A DNA stretch of 63,725 nucleotides, filler included, from Pirum gemmata (taxonomy: Eukaryota), in the NCBI GenBank assembly GCA_002812295.1. It is 18 parts of 18 records of this genome, joined end to end, with 100 filler letters (N's around TTAATTAATTAA, not from the genome) between each part and the next. Parts side by side here need not be neighbours in the genome. Positions count along the whole stretch, not along the records: positions 12,577 to 15,632 come from PDIN01003595.1; positions 15,733 to 20,849 come from PDIN01003596.1; positions 20,950 to 24,017 come from PDIN01003597.1; positions 24,118 to 27,174 come from PDIN01003598.1; 14 more parts are not named here. One strand, 5' to 3'. Below, in pieces: positions 12,956-26,122 of this stretch (within the stretch, counting starts at the first letter, position 1; every line of letters begins with the position of its first letter). Below the pieces are notes generated by a model. That model made no database searches. It was not told the DNA's origin and worked only from the letters and a program-made list of their open reading frames with translations. The translations under genes and the position numbers were made by a program.

Positions 12956-13251
12956 GGGAACATTCAAATAATACGTCACGTCAAGGGGTGGATAGGTAGG
13001 CGGTATTTGACCGGAAATTAACGTCAAGGGGTAGGTAGGTAGGGGTATTTGAAGCAGTACTTGACCGGAAATTGGCGTTACGTAGTTTCATACCAGTTTC
13101 ATTATCTTCATTATATGGGAGCATTCAGGTACTATATAACGCCAATTTCCGGTCAAATACAGCTTCAAATACACCTATCTACCTACCCCTCGACGTTAAT
13201 TCCCTGTCAAATACCACCTTCTTACCTACCCCTTGACGTGGCTCAACTCCC
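12956..13251. mobile_element. Two inverted copies of MITE family B (~135 bp; PIF/Harbinger-like ends); others at ~39817-39950, 40134-40225, 40976-41081, 57226-57356
   Basis: TIR GGGAGC(A/C/G)TTCAAATA(A/C)TACGT(C/A)ACG with internal GGTAGGTAGG..TATTTGACCGGAAATT dimer. Confidence 0.8.
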
Positions 13252-13272
13252 TATGTATTGATAATTGTTTCA

Positions 13273-13325
<53 letters not shown>

Positions 13326-13908
13326 TTACTATTACTACTACTACTATTACTACTACTACTATTACTACTACTTCTAATATTACTACAACAAGCACAGCCA
13401 ACAGCACCACCATCACCACTATTACTAAAACAAATAAATAAATAAAAATAAAAAATAACTAAATAACTGACTAAAAAGGTAGTCCTTCTGTAGTCCCCTT
13501 CACAGCCCCTTCACTGGGCCTTCAGTGGGCCTTCACATGGGGAATCATACCTATAAGGGAATCATATAGACTACCAGGGTTTTTCATTCGTTGTTTACAT
13601 TGTTTAATAGCTACAACAACCAGCCAACAACTGCCAGTGCCACTGCCAACCAGCTGCCAACTTTCCACTAGACTATTGGGGGGATTTGGGGCTGCTGGCT
13701 AACATAGCCTCGTAGGCCAGTAGGGGTGAGATATCTACTGGAACTTTTTTCAAACAGATGCTTATCGAGCCAACCTTAGAACCATGTTTCTTACTAATAA
13801 TAGCAGTTAAATAGCTTAAAATAGTAAATCTAATTATAGTAGATACCAATTAAAGTAATAATATTAACATTAATAGTAATAAAAACCATAAAATACCTCC
13901 CCTACTCG

Positions 13909-14172
13909 TAGGCCTCTCCCATTTCTGCTCAAACCCGAAAACTCGAATTTCTGCTGTCAAAAAAAGCCAAAACACCGAAAACTCGAATTTCTGCTGTCAA
14001 AAAAAAAAGCCAAAATTCAGCTCCGTTCGAAAAAAAATGTTTTTTCCTATTTTTCGGTTTTATTAATAAATAAATATATTTGAATACTTAATTTTAAGCT
14101 TAAACATTTCGAACTTATTAATTAATATATAGACTCGAAATCTCGATTTTTAAAAACAGAGCATAATTGGGT
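13909..14172 (+). mobile_element. MITE family D (~250 bp); other copies 42103-42347, 39990-40133(-), ~28800-28935(-)
   Basis: TIR TAGG(C)TTCTCCCAATTCTGCT / AGCAGAATTGGGAGAAGTCTA; shared CCCGAAAACTCGAATTTCTGCTGTCAAAAAAAGCC and CAGCTCCGTTCGAAAA. Confidence 0.8.
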
Positions 14173-14410
14173 TCAGCACTGTTTGTTCACTTTACAATTT
14201 TTTTTATTATTAGACTATCGTGCTTTTCATTTATTTTGTCACTCTGATTATTTATTTGGAGGGTTATAATATTTAAATTGACATTTTTAAATCAATACAT
14301 ATATAATAAAAATACTATAAAAAATACCAAATTAAATTAAATGGATTTATATTGTATTAATTTGGTACTATTTATTATTTATTTTATGACGACAAAAACA
14401 ACTATATTAA

Positions 14411-14686
14411 TTAGTATAATAATATTTTTCTAAAAAAAAAATTCTCAGAATCTTTTTTATCGTTATTACTGTTATTATTCCAAAAATAATCTTTTAAAGC
14501 TGATTGTAATTCGGAATTGTAATAACAATGAAACATAGTTTTCACATTATGATTATTTCTTTTAGCTAATTTACAATAATCGAAGAATAATGTTCCGGTG
14601 TTAGTGTACAATTCATGGATTGCAGCGTTAACAATAAGTTTTCTTAATACTCTTGTCCGTTTTATATTAATAGTTTTATCATTCAT
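14411..14686 (-). CDS. Hypothetical protein or gene remnant
   Basis: 91-aa ORF of normal complexity, 3' end abuts MITE A; no motif recognised. Confidence 0.25.
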   Translation of the reverse strand: MNDKTINIKRTRVLRKLIVNAAIHELYTNTGTLFFDYCKLAKRNNHNVKTMFHCYYNSELQSALKDYFWNNNSNNDKKDSENFFFRKILLY

Positions 14687-15542
14687 TTCTTCAATAATAT
14701 TTCTAAAAACCGGTTGTTTTTCCCCAGATAATGACCAATATAATATGTTTTTTAAAAGTAATTAGCTACTAAGTAATTAGTTAATTAGTTATAAATATTG
14801 GTTTGTAAGGAACTACCAAGTAATTAGTTAATTAGTTATAAATATTGGTTTGTAAGGAAAACATTAAATAGTGTCTTATCGTATGATTATTTATTTTATT
14901 GGTTTGAACCTAACGAACTGATGTTGATATTCAAGCATTAAAAAAGAACGACAAGAAAAATTACAACAAAGATGATGGATATTTAAAGTTTTAATTAATT
15001 AATTAAAATATTTCCCATAGTATCTTTCATATGTACAACTGGTGTTTCGTCACTGTAATAATTGTAATTTTTGGGAGTAGGTATGTGGACTGATGTTTGC
15101 ATACTATTGTATTTGTTATCCAGTTTTATATATAGTTTTAAAAGCTAGAGTGCGTGATTGTGTCTAATAGACTTGTTAGATTTGGAAACTAAAGACTGTG
15201 CTGCGTACTTTACTTTGCGTACTGTTGCAATTATTTATAGAGAAACTCACTCAAAACAATAACATCGTCAAATATATAAAATTATCCCAAACACAAGTCA
15301 CAAGTCTTTGCGGACTTATACAATTTGATACCAACGTCAACGAAAATGAACTCGAATAAGAAAAACAATAATAACAACAATTTGATCATAATATTATGTA
15401 CCCTTCGAATTCACTGTTTTCATCTTCTATACAAAAAGGATGACAAGGAAATTTAAAATCACAATGCTTACAGAAGAGATTAATATTACCTTCCGGATAT
15501 GGGTATTTTGAATAAATACACGAATCTGGTTGTTGCTGTTGC

Positions 15543-15603
<61 letters not shown>

Positions 15604-16237
15604 GATGATGATGATGATGATGTTGTTGTTGTNNNNNNNNNNNNNNNNNNNNNNNNNNNNNNNNNNNNNNNNNNNNTTAATTAATTAANNNNNNNNNNNN
15701 NNNNNNNNNNNNNNNNNNNNNNNNNNNNNNNNAAAAAAAAAAAAAAAAAAAAGCAAGCAAAAAAAAAAGCTATAATATAAAAAAAAGAGCACTAGAATTT
15801 TACATAATTTAATTTCCTTTACAAAAAAAAATGGGGGGGTGACGATTCTGACGAATCACAGACGATTATCTGCCGATATGATAGACTAAATTTTTAATTA
15901 AAAAACACTAGTTAAAAAACCGGCATTAAAATTTTTTTTACAGAAATACAACAAATTCAAAAAATACAGTACTTTATAAATCTAGTTTTCTTTGAAAAAA
16001 ATTAAACCGCCAAAAACCATTTTGATATTTATTGTATTTATTGGTATTAAAAATGTATTAAATGGTAGGTCTAACGTAATAGAAAAGCTTTAAAAAGGTC
16101 AATTATGTTGTTTTTAAAGTACCAAATTATTTTGCGGGACAGACGATGTTGCGACAGTCCACTCCGACTCCAGACTCCGACTCCACTGTTGACTCACAGT
16201 GTTGACTCAAGCAGCCATCGCTTTTTATAGACCCCCA

Positions 16238-16400
16238 TCGTGTTGTCCAGTTCAAAAACTGAAATCAACGTACCCGACATTTTTTAATTAATTTGGTATT
16301 TTATACTTTATAAACAAGTTTAATTATTAATAGTTTATACACTTAGACCTCGGGGCCTAAATACTAAATAGTACCAAAATAAAGATTGAGAGGACAACTG
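16238..16400 (+). mobile_element. MITE family E (~165 bp); second copy ~23680-23845
   Basis: GTGTTGTCCAGTTCAAAAACTGAA...GTACCAAA(A/T)TAAAGATTGAGAGGA(C/T)AA shared on two scaffolds; short TIR GTTGTCC/GGACAAC. Confidence 0.7.
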
Positions 16401-16609
16401 TAATGAAATAGCTACCACTACGGTAGACGATAGACTAGACTACCAATACTGATAGACTCTAGCTGATAGACTACCGGTAGACATAATTGTATCAGATAGT
16501 CTAGCTAGTCTACCAGTACCTATGCATACTGTCTAGCTATCCCATAGTGCATACTGTTCTAGCTAGCTAGACTATCATAGTAGCTTCCCACCCCTCAACT
16601 ATCTAATAA

Positions 16610-16878
16610 TTAACCCTGCATAACCCTACCTAACCCTACCCCCCTAACCCTAACCATAATAACTCTAACCCTAATCCAAACCCAAACACTAGCTCCCCTA
16701 ACCCTACCCCTCCTAACCCTAACCCTAACCATAACCATAACCTTAACCCTAATTATAACCTTAACCCTAACCTTAACCCTAACCCTAACCTCCCCTAACC
16801 CTAATCTCCCCTAACCCCAACCTTAACCCTAACCCTAACCTTAACCCTAACCCTAACCTTAACCCTAACCCTAACCCA
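16610..16878 (-). repeat. Interstitial telomeric-type (TTAGGG)n array, degenerate
   Basis: CCCTAA/CCTTAA units with unique DNA on both sides. Confidence 0.9.
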
Positions 16879-16997
16879 ATCCTCAAACACACCAACTTCT
16901 GTACTGAATGAATGGCCACAACTAAAAACTTTTGTCAACATCTATCATTCTCATTATCTCCTCGAGCTCTTGTAACTCACTATCGGTACCGGTAACT

Positions 16998-17168
16998 CTA
17001 CTTCCTTAGCCATATGCTATCGATATATTTATCAAAACTCTTTCTCGATTTCCATCTACCATCCATCTCTAATAAGCTAACCGCTTGTCCTTTCAAATAA
17101 TCATTTGTTATATACCCTTTTCGTAAATAATCTTTTGTTGTACCCTTTATTCGTAATGAATGTGACGT
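16998..17168 (-). pseudogene. Tyrosine recombinase C-terminus (DIRS/Ngaro/Crypton-type remnant)
   Basis: Translates TSHSLRIKGTTKDYLRKGYITNDYLKGQAVSLLEMDGRWKSRKSFDKYIDSIWLRK*: HSLR box II plus GRWxS..Y catalytic motif, with a short internal duplication. Confidence 0.75.
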
Positions 17169-18777
17169 TGTAAGATTACACTGCTATAATAAGCAAATTT
17201 AATAGCGCTTTTTATTAATAAATTTAATTCTTAAATTTTAAGTCTTATTTTTTAATTATTTAATTATTTTTTTTTTTAACTTTTTCTATTCTTTCATTTT
17301 AAAATCTTAGTATTTATATATATTTAACATCCTTGTTATCCGAATTATTAAAAGGAAAATAATAATAAAATAATAACATAATCATAATAATATAATTAGT
17401 AAAATTATTACTAATATAGAAATGAAGGCATAAAATAACCCTAATTATAAAAATAACACTTATATAGAAACAGATCAATGAACAATAGCCAATAATATAC
17501 TCGGGTTAGTCATGCTATTACATTATCCCCCTTCCTTAATGAACCACGCAATGAGAATAAGTGGTAATTAAGAGCGAGCAAGACGCTTTTTCCAAAAAGT
17601 TTGAACAACCGCATTAAGAGCGAGCAAGACGCTTTTTTCAAAAAGATTAAACCGCATTTGGATCATCAAACTGAGCTGCAGTGATCCAAGAAGTTGAGCC
17701 ATCTGACCAAAGAACATTATAAATATCATTTTGGTTATCATCAACACCATAACCCAAAAATTTTCTTAAATGATGCAGAAGAGTCCATAACTTCGGAACA
17801 ATCAAAATTGAGAACCGGAAAAAGTTGATAACTTCAAAACAATCAAGATTAAGAACCGGAAAAAGGTTGATGTGTGTGATAACTTTGGAACAATCAAGAT
17901 TAAGAACCGGAAAAAGTTGATAACTTCGGAACAATCAAAAGTGAGAACCGGAAAAAGTTCGCCCAATAAATAAGCAGTATGTTCCTTTCTAATAAAGATG
18001 GTTTCTATCCAGGTATGTGATACTTATGGTTCTTGAATAACCCTTGTATCTAATACGGTCCTTGAACGACCCTTGTATTTGGTATTGTCTCTTGTATTAA
18101 ATTTTGTTGCATTATGTATATTATGATACTTTATATCTAAATTAGTTTTAATACAACTTTTAATACAGACCTTAACCACTGGAAAACCCTTTCAATAATA
18201 AATCAATAGAAACATTTCATATAACATTTAAGTTAAACATTTATAGTTTAAAAACAACTAAATAAAATTCATTAAAGTATATATAATTTAATAGTCCAAT
18301 GTTATTTTAATTTGAATTTGAATATCATTCAAAAGTCCATTTTAATTAAGTACTGATTTCCCTAATATTATCATAAATATATAGTATTAATATAAATGAA
18401 GGAAGTTAGTTATATTAATACAAAATTATACTTCAAAATTCAAATGTAATTTTTAGTATTAAGCATTTTAAAGTTATATTACTAAAAGAGTAAGGTTTAA
18501 AGTGTTTAAATAACAAACGTGTATAGGTTTATAGGTTTAAATCATGTTCACTTGAGAACAATTACTTATCTTTATTTTGATATTCTAGCGATCGTCCTAT
18601 CAAACAATAACTATGCCATAGGCACATCAACACCAGATTCTTTACCATCACCAAGATTATTAGTTTAAATTAAATTTGAAAAAAATGTAAGAATACACTG
18701 CTATAATAAGCAAATTTAATAGCGCTTTTTATTAATAAATTTAATTCTTAAATTTTAAGTCTTATTTTTAATTATTT
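17169..18777 (-). mobile_element. Internally deleted chromovirus-like (Ty3/Gypsy) LTR retrotransposon: 3' LTR 17169-17522, internal 17523-18685, 5' LTR from 18686 into the gap
   Basis: LTR bounded by TGTAA..TTACA; near-identical ~90 bp at 17169 and 18686; polypurine tract AAGGAAGGGGGA just before the 3' LTR; chromodomain remnant upstream of the PPT. Confidence 0.8.
17568..17790 (-). pseudogene. Integrase C-terminal chromodomain remnant
   Basis: KFLGYGVDDNQNDIYNVLWSDGSTSWITAAQFDDPNAV + VQTFWKKRLARS* (3' end tandemly duplicated, first copy disrupted); Y.V.W..G..sW..P..V..FW pattern. Confidence 0.65.
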
Positions 18778-18925
18778 NNNNNNNNNNNNNNNNNNNNNNN
18801 NNNNNNNNNNNNNNNNNNNNNNNCACACACACACACACACACACCGACCGACCGACCGACCGACCGACCGACCGACAGACATACACACACAGACACACAC
18901 ATTACTATATTTTTAAACCTTATAG

Positions 18926-20141
18926 ATTGTACACGAAGTGATTTTGCCCAATGTATTTGCTTATATCAGTTCACAAGAAAAGAACGAAGTAGAATCTGAT
19001 ATCGAATCGGAGGATTGGTATTGCCTATATCCCATAAATCATTCACTTCACCAATATTGAAATAATAATGGATAACCTAACATCTCCCACCCCACCCCAG
19101 TTCCCACATCTCACTCTGCATTTTACCAACATTCTATACTACAATCCGCACCGCACCACATTGCTAACCACATTCCGACCATTGCTAATCACATTGCTAA
19201 CTATATTGTCAACCACATTGCTAACCACATTGCTAACCATATTGCTAACCACACATTGCTAACCACATTGCTAACCACATTGCTAACCACATTGCTAACA
19301 TTGCTAACCACATTGCTAACCACATTGCTAACCACATTGCTAACCACACTCCACACTACATTCCTCATTCAACCCATACTACATTAGCTACTATATTCCG
19401 TACTACATTCCACACTATTCCCGTGCAAAATAATAATGAATTAAATAAATAATAGGCAAAATGTACAAAGTGCCGACAGTAGAATTGTGTCTAATAATAC
19501 TGTTGATGGTAAACCACTTTGGGTTCCTGATGAGGCTGTTACAAGTTGTTTTCTCTGCAGCGCTCAATTTTGGGTTTATACGAGGAAGCATCATTGTCGG
19601 TTAGTATTATAAAATGAATATCATTTTTGTGTCCCTTCGATTTTAATTTGGTATTGTGGGATTAAAAATAACTGGGTGTTTTTTACTAATATATAATATA
19701 TCATATGATAGCAAATTATTTAAATTGCATCCATTAAAACTATACATTGTGGTAATTTGATACATTCCATTTTCAGTTTTTTTTTTAAATAACAATTATA
19801 TTGAAATACGATAAAATGTTATAATAATGATTCTAATCGATTAATAATAAATAATTTTAAAAGGGTGAGTTATTAATTTAACATAATATTAAATAATATT
19901 AATGATAATAATAACAATAATAATCACAATAATAATAGTAATAATAATAATAATTACAATAATAATAATAATTTTTTTTTAAAACAGAAATTGTGGAAAT
20001 GTTTTTTGCTCAGCTTGCAGTGAAAATAGTTGCTACATATACGAAAAATATGAAAAAGTTAGTGTAAGGGTGTGTGATAGTTGTTTTAAACACTTAAATC
20101 CTAACATTAACATTAAGATTAATGTTAGTGACAATGGGTAG
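18926..20141 (+). CDS. FYVE-domain C-terminus, MTMR3/4-like (exons 18926-19017, 19456-19599, 19988-20141)
   Basis: Spliced product ..[56 protein letters not shown]; WxxD, RKHHCR and RVC motifs; intron phases consistent. Confidence 0.9.
19157..19348. repeat. Intronic 12-bp minisatellite (ACCACATTGCTA)n
   Basis: About 15 units seen directly. Confidence 0.95.
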
Positions 20142-21064
20142 TAGTTGATCATTAGTTTTGTCCTTGTTTTTAATTTGCTTGTTATGTAAAATGATAACTT
20201 AAAAAACTAATTCATTTATTAGTTTTCTATTTACTTTCCATTTATTAGTTTCTATATAGCTTGTGATGTTTTATTAGTTGTATATTACAATTAATCAGAC
20301 ACTTTATATGTCATAAATAAAACGAAAAATGATTATTAGAACTAGTGGAATATTGCTAACACCCCTCGAGCACAACTCGAATTGACTTTTTTCAAGAAGT
20401 CTAAAGTAAGAGGCTAAGAAGTATGACGTCACCATAATAAACAATATATTTTATTTTTTATTTTTTAGGGTCCAAAGTAAGAGGGTAATGTGTACTGGTA
20501 TGACGTCAGATAATAAATATCACTTAAAATATTTCGCCGTGTCCATTCACAATTTTTTTATTATGGTGACGTCATGTTAATTAGCCTCTTACCTTTTAGG
20601 CCTCTTGCTTTTATTCAAGTGAGAGCAGAGAATATATCAAAAAGGCTTGAAAAAGTAGGGACGCAGCGAAAAGTCGAGCTACAGGGTGGTTTACTACGAC
20701 AATGGTATAATCGAGTTTCGAGTTTTTTTCTTTTTAATAAAAATGTCCTCTCTCTCGGTTTTCCCTCCAAAAACTGTGACGGAACCCCCCTTTTTTTTCT
20801 GAAATTTCTTTCATAGTTTTGAACCAATCCAAGATTTATAAGTGAATATNNNNNNNNNNNNNNNNNNNNNNNNNNNNNNNNNNNNNNNNNNNNTTAATTA
20901 ATTAANNNNNNNNNNNNNNNNNNNNNNNNNNNNNNNNNNNNNNNNNNNNATAATAATAATAATACAAAATAGTAAAAAATAGTAAAAAATAGTAAAAAAT
21001 TGAAAAGGTTAAGGGTATTAATTAATTTAGCTGGTTAAAATCTGAGTTAGTCCATTAATGGTCG

Positions 21065-22551
21065 AACCGATGTATTCTGTATATGTCCTGGCCTTGTCTG
21101 CTTTGGTTACGGGTTTTGTCTGCCCCTCTTTGTTCTGGCCGGATTTTGTCTGTATGTGTCTGGGTTTTGCCTGCTTTTGTTCCTGGTTTTTGCCTGCATT
21201 GTTTCGGTTGGATTTAAACTGTATGCATCCGGTAAATAACAGCAAAAGATAAAAAAGCAACCAACCAACCAGACAACCAACGAACCAAACGAAAAATCAA
21301 CCAACCACAACCAACCAACCAACCAACCAACTAACCAGCATAAAAAAGTAGAACTTCTTTAAAACATTACACTTTATTATGCAAAATCTGAACAAATTTT
21401 GGAGCTCAAATATTTAAATCATTAATTTTTTGAAATGTTTGAACTTGGAAATTGCTCGTGATTTAGGGTTTATCTGCATAATGCATAATTCCGGATTTTT
21501 TCTTAATGTGTCCGGGTTTTTCCTGCGTTGGTTCCGGTTTTTATATACATTATTCCTGCTGAATCTGTAGACCCCCGGGTCTATGCGTCCGAGATTTGCC
21601 TGTATTGGTTCTGTGTTTTAGTCTGGGGTTTTCCGATTTTTTTGGTCTGTATATGTTCGGGTGTTGCTTGCATTGGTTCCATGTTTTGTCTGCATTATTA
21701 CGGTTGTATTTTGTCTGTATATGTCCGGGGTTTTCCTGATTTAGTTACAGGGTTTAGTCTGCATTGTTCCGGTGGATTTAATCTGTATGTGTTCGGTTTT
21801 TGTTTGCATTGGTTCCTTGTTTTGTCTGCATTGTTCCGGTTGTATTTTGTCTGCATATGTCCGGGGTTTGCCTGTTTTGGTTCCGGGTTTTTGTCTGCAT
21901 TGTTCCGGCGGATTTAGTTTGTATACGATCGGGGTTTTCCTGCTTTGGTTCCGGATTTTTGTCTGCATTGTTCCGGCGAATTTAGTTTGCATGTGTTCGG
22001 TTTTTGTTTGCATTGGTTCCTTGTTTTTCTGCATTATTCCGGGTGTACCTGTATATGCCCGGGGTTTGCCTCCCCGTCTTCATTGTTCCGGCAGGTTTAC
22101 TCTGTATATGCCCGGGGTTTGCCTGCTTTGGTTCCGGGGTTTGTCTGCATTGTTCTGGACGGTCGTATGTGTCCAGGTTTTTCCTTCTTTGGTTCCGGGT
22201 TTTGGTCTGCATTGTTCTGGCGGACTTAGTCTGTGTATTGTGTATATCCGGGGTTTGCCTGCTTTGGTTCCGGGTTTTTGTCTGCATTTTTCCGACGGAT
22301 TTAGTCTGTGTGTGTCCGAGTTCCGGGTTTTTATTCCGGTTGGATTTAAAATCTGTATGTGACCGGGTTTTGCCTTCTTTGGTTCCGGGTTTTTGTCTAC
22401 ATTGTTCTGGCTGGATTTAGTCTATATAATGTTCTGGTTTTGCCTGCCTGATTACGGGTTTTGTCCGCATTATTGTGGGGTTTGCCTGTATGATTGTCTG
22501 GAACTGTATGCCAACCTTGTTCAGCCTTGTTCTAAAGAGATTTAGCTGGGT
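21065..22551 (-). mobile_element. Non-autonomous EnSpm/CMC-like element end with ~65-bp subterminal repeats
   Basis: Repeated CCGGG(G)TTTGCCTGCTTTGGTTCCGGGTTTTTGTCTGCATTGTTCCGGCGGATTTAGT; terminus reads CCCAGCTAAAT on the minus strand at 22551, with nearby GAACAAGG repeats. Confidence 0.55.
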
Positions 22552-22837
22552 TAGTGAAGAAAAAAGTTGCTCATTTATTAATTATTATTATTACAAAAAT
22601 AATAAAAACCTTAAGACTCTATCTGCATATATATATGTGTAAAACTTAAAGTGTAAAATATACAGTCTCGAAAAATATTTACTTTTCGGAAGAAGTTCAA
22701 AAGAAATTGATATATTTTGTAAAAAAATAATCTTTGTTTATTATTTATTTTTTTATTTTAAAAAATAACCACTTTTGTAAGTTTGAAAGTACCAAAATTA
22801 ATAACCAAAGTGACAAAATAAATGAAAAACTGAATAA

Positions 22838-23268
22838 TACTAAATGGAATAGTGTTTATTTTTCGTCCCCTGTTGCTAGTTTTATTTGCATTTTTCTCCC
22901 TGATACTTGAAATTATATAATTTTTTGTGTCGTTTAATAACATTTCAAGTGTGTAACTATTATTATTACTAATTATTATTACTATTATTATTATTAATAT
23001 TATTATCATTATTATTATTGTTATGATTATAAAAAAGTCTTTTAAGTTCATGTATTTGTTGTTGTTAATCCTCTATTTGTTGTTTTTTCCCGTTACTATC
23101 ATTTAAAAAATTATTAGTTATTAATAATTTAACTAATTCGTAATTATGAACAATATTGTTCATATTCATTTGACAATTGAGAGCATCATATAATTTCAAG
23201 TATCAGGGAGAAAAATGCAAAAAAACCTAGCAACAGGGGACGAAAAATAAACACTATTCCATTTAGTG
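22838..23268. mobile_element. CACTA-ended foldback element/MITE with ~80-bp TIRs (22839-22918 / 23188-23267)
   Basis: Near-perfect inverted repeats; right end reads CACTAAATGGAATAGTG, left end TACTAAATGG. Confidence 0.7.
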
Positions 23269-24134
23269 AGGTGCTCACAAATTTTCAAGAAAGGGTTCTT
23301 TCGTTAAATTTACAAAATAAAGTTTATTCCGAAAGAATTATGAAATGGATAATTTAGAAGTTCAGATAGGAAGAAATAATCTTGATCTATCTCCACATTT
23401 TTATATTGAGTTTTTATCTTTTACAATATTATATATAAGTATCGAGTTTTTGTATTTTGGACTGTGTCTCTTACAAATAAATTTTTATTATTATTTTATG
23501 ATATATCTTCTAGTTGTCATAATACAGGATAATACACGACAGTATTATTAATATGACCATAATAATTTATTTATGTCTACAAAACCTCCATACAAAAAGT
23601 ATACAAAATTAGTACAAAAATACAAATGTTGAGGGTCTCTGGACTCTACAGTAGTAGAGTATAATATCATGGTTTGCAATAGTGTTGTCCAGTTCAAAAA
23701 CTGAAGTAAACGTACCAAATTATCGTTATGGTTAAACTATCAGACATGTTTTAATTAATTTGGTATTTTATACTTAATGTTGAATTTTATAAACAAGCTC
23801 AATTATACACTTAAACAGTACCAAATTAAAGATTGAGAGGATAAGTTCTAACGAAATAATAGACGATATCGATAGTCAATGATTTATCATGAGACCTAAC
23901 CTCAGTAACCTCTGTACACATGTCTTACGGATTTATAAATAAAATTTATATTATTGTAACTATTCTAAATGAAAAATGAAATGTTATGATTGTTTCGAAC
24001 AATATAAATTTATTAAANNNNNNNNNNNNNNNNNNNNNNNNNNNNNNNNNNNNNNNNNNNNTTAATTAATTAANNNNNNNNNNNNNNNNNNNNNNNNNNN
24101 NNNNNNNNNNNNNNNNNTTATTATTATTATTATT

Positions 24135-24240
24135 ATGGAATTGAAAGTGTCTGGGACGAGTTGGACAGAAAATAATTAAAAGAAAAACAAAATATATAAG
24201 ATGAAGAAATGTTTTCTCAAATTTGTCTTACTTCAGAATC
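24135..24240 (+). pseudogene. Tc1/mariner transposase remnant
   Basis: GIESVWDELDRK resembles the DLNPIE.VWDEL.R motif after the DDE glutamate; followed by in-frame stops. Confidence 0.4.
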
Positions 24241-25963
24241 AGTCTTCAGAATAAAATAATAAAACGATTAAAATCAGTTACAACAAGAAACATTGGACAA
24301 TTCACAAAAGTTTACTTTGTTATTTTTAAACAATGTTCTTAATTAAATCCTTTCTGTATAATGAAATAGTTAAATACAACGTTATTAGAAAAGGGAAGCA
24401 AACTCTTAAAAAACAATCCAGCAGTGATGCTATTGCATCTTATAATTCTAAATGTAACCAATCCAATATTATGAAACCTTTCGATTAATTCTATCCAAAT
24501 ATTACTGATTCTACGAGGAATATAACATTATATACCTGACACTACCTGTCCCAGCTTCTTTCTCTCGTCGATATGATACTGACCACTTATTTTCTGAAAT
24601 TGCGAACGACGTAGTCGAAAGGGTATTCCTTGACTATAACAATACTATGAATAATAACTTTAATGTTAACTTTTGCAATGTTAATTAATTCAAGAATACA
24701 ATTCTAATATGTTGGATGACACCACTTTAAAAAAAGCAGTTATAACAAAGGCTGCCAATGTTTTTCTTAACGCAAATAAGTTAATGGAACCAAAACGTAA
24801 TTCTGCAGAGCTTCATAGCGAACCTAAGGACAATATTAATGTTGCAGCAAGTATTACTATTCCTTCCCTGACTACTGTAATCATCCTTGGTTTACTCTTT
24901 GTAATAGATTTTTAAATATAAATTCAAATAATATATATGATTTAGACACTTAATCCGAATATATATAATTATATATATATAATTATAGTGTGTTCTTTTT
25001 CCATTTGACTTCCCTTATATCAATTAATATATAGATACATTATGTAGGTAAACGTATTAATTAATAATAAATATAGTTCTAAATATATTATTTACATAAT
25101 AGTTATACAAAAAATGTTTTTTAATTCAAATAATATAATAATATAATAATATAATACAACTGTATAATAATATATATATAATAATAATGTATATTATATA
25201 ATAATACATGTAATTATAATATATAAGAAAATACAAAAAATGTTCTTTAATTCAAATAATATAATAATATAATAATATAATACAACTGTATAATAATATA
25301 TATGTAATAATAATGTATATTATATAATAATACATGTAATTATATATATAAGAAAATGTACGTATATACCCGTGTCTTCTTTTTCCATAACTTCTTAAGT
25401 TATTGTAAATTTCTGTAATCACCTGAGCTTACTCTTCGTAGTAATGTATTTTTTAAATAAAATAATATATTGATAATTAAAATTAATAAACATACATTAT
25501 GTAACTAAATATGAACCGATGGGTGGGTATAAGTAGTCTCGGGTACTGTTGGGTGCCACACAGGTACTCGAAGTCTCAAAAAAAAAGATGTCGGCCAATT
25601 TTCTCGAGAACTAAAAGAGCTATCGAAAAAAATGGTCGTTTTTCAGACTTTATCTCAAGAGTTTTTAACATAATTCGAAAGACAGAAAATATTCCCTTGG
25701 TTTCAAACTTTACACGAAAGTGAAGACATGTGTATTTTTTATTATAAAAACTCAATGTGTGTAATAAATACAATAGTGATTTCTAAACCAAAACTTAAAA
25801 CATTTTAATAACCGACTAGTGTTGATAAAAACTGATTATACTTGATTATACAAGTGGAGCCAAGTTGGGAATTTGGGAAAGTCACTGAAGAAGGAGAAAA
25901 AAAAAAGACTTAAAAAAAGTCTAATTTGACTTTTTTCTGCATTATTATTATTATTATTATTAC

Positions 25964-25999
<36 letters not shown>

Positions 26000-26032
26000 T
26001 ACTATTACTATTACTTCTACGACTATTATTAT

Positions 26033-26094
<62 letters not shown>

Positions 26095-26122
26095 TTTATT
26101 ACTGTTATCATTACCAATATAG

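Noticed and set aside
14880..15530. Protein-like fragments here and at 24350-24915, 35930-36330, 43370-43720
   Set aside because: Multiple stops and frameshifts with no recognisable family; cannot be called
20420..20575. Clustered TGACGTCA (CRE-like) sites as a promoter
   Set aside because: They occur inside local repeats and MITE-like DNA elsewhere, with no linked gene start
21027..22420. Overlapping Cys-rich ORFs, or a CRISPR-like array
   Set aside because: Degenerate tandem repeat without unique spacers and open in several frames; no cas genes; eukaryotic context
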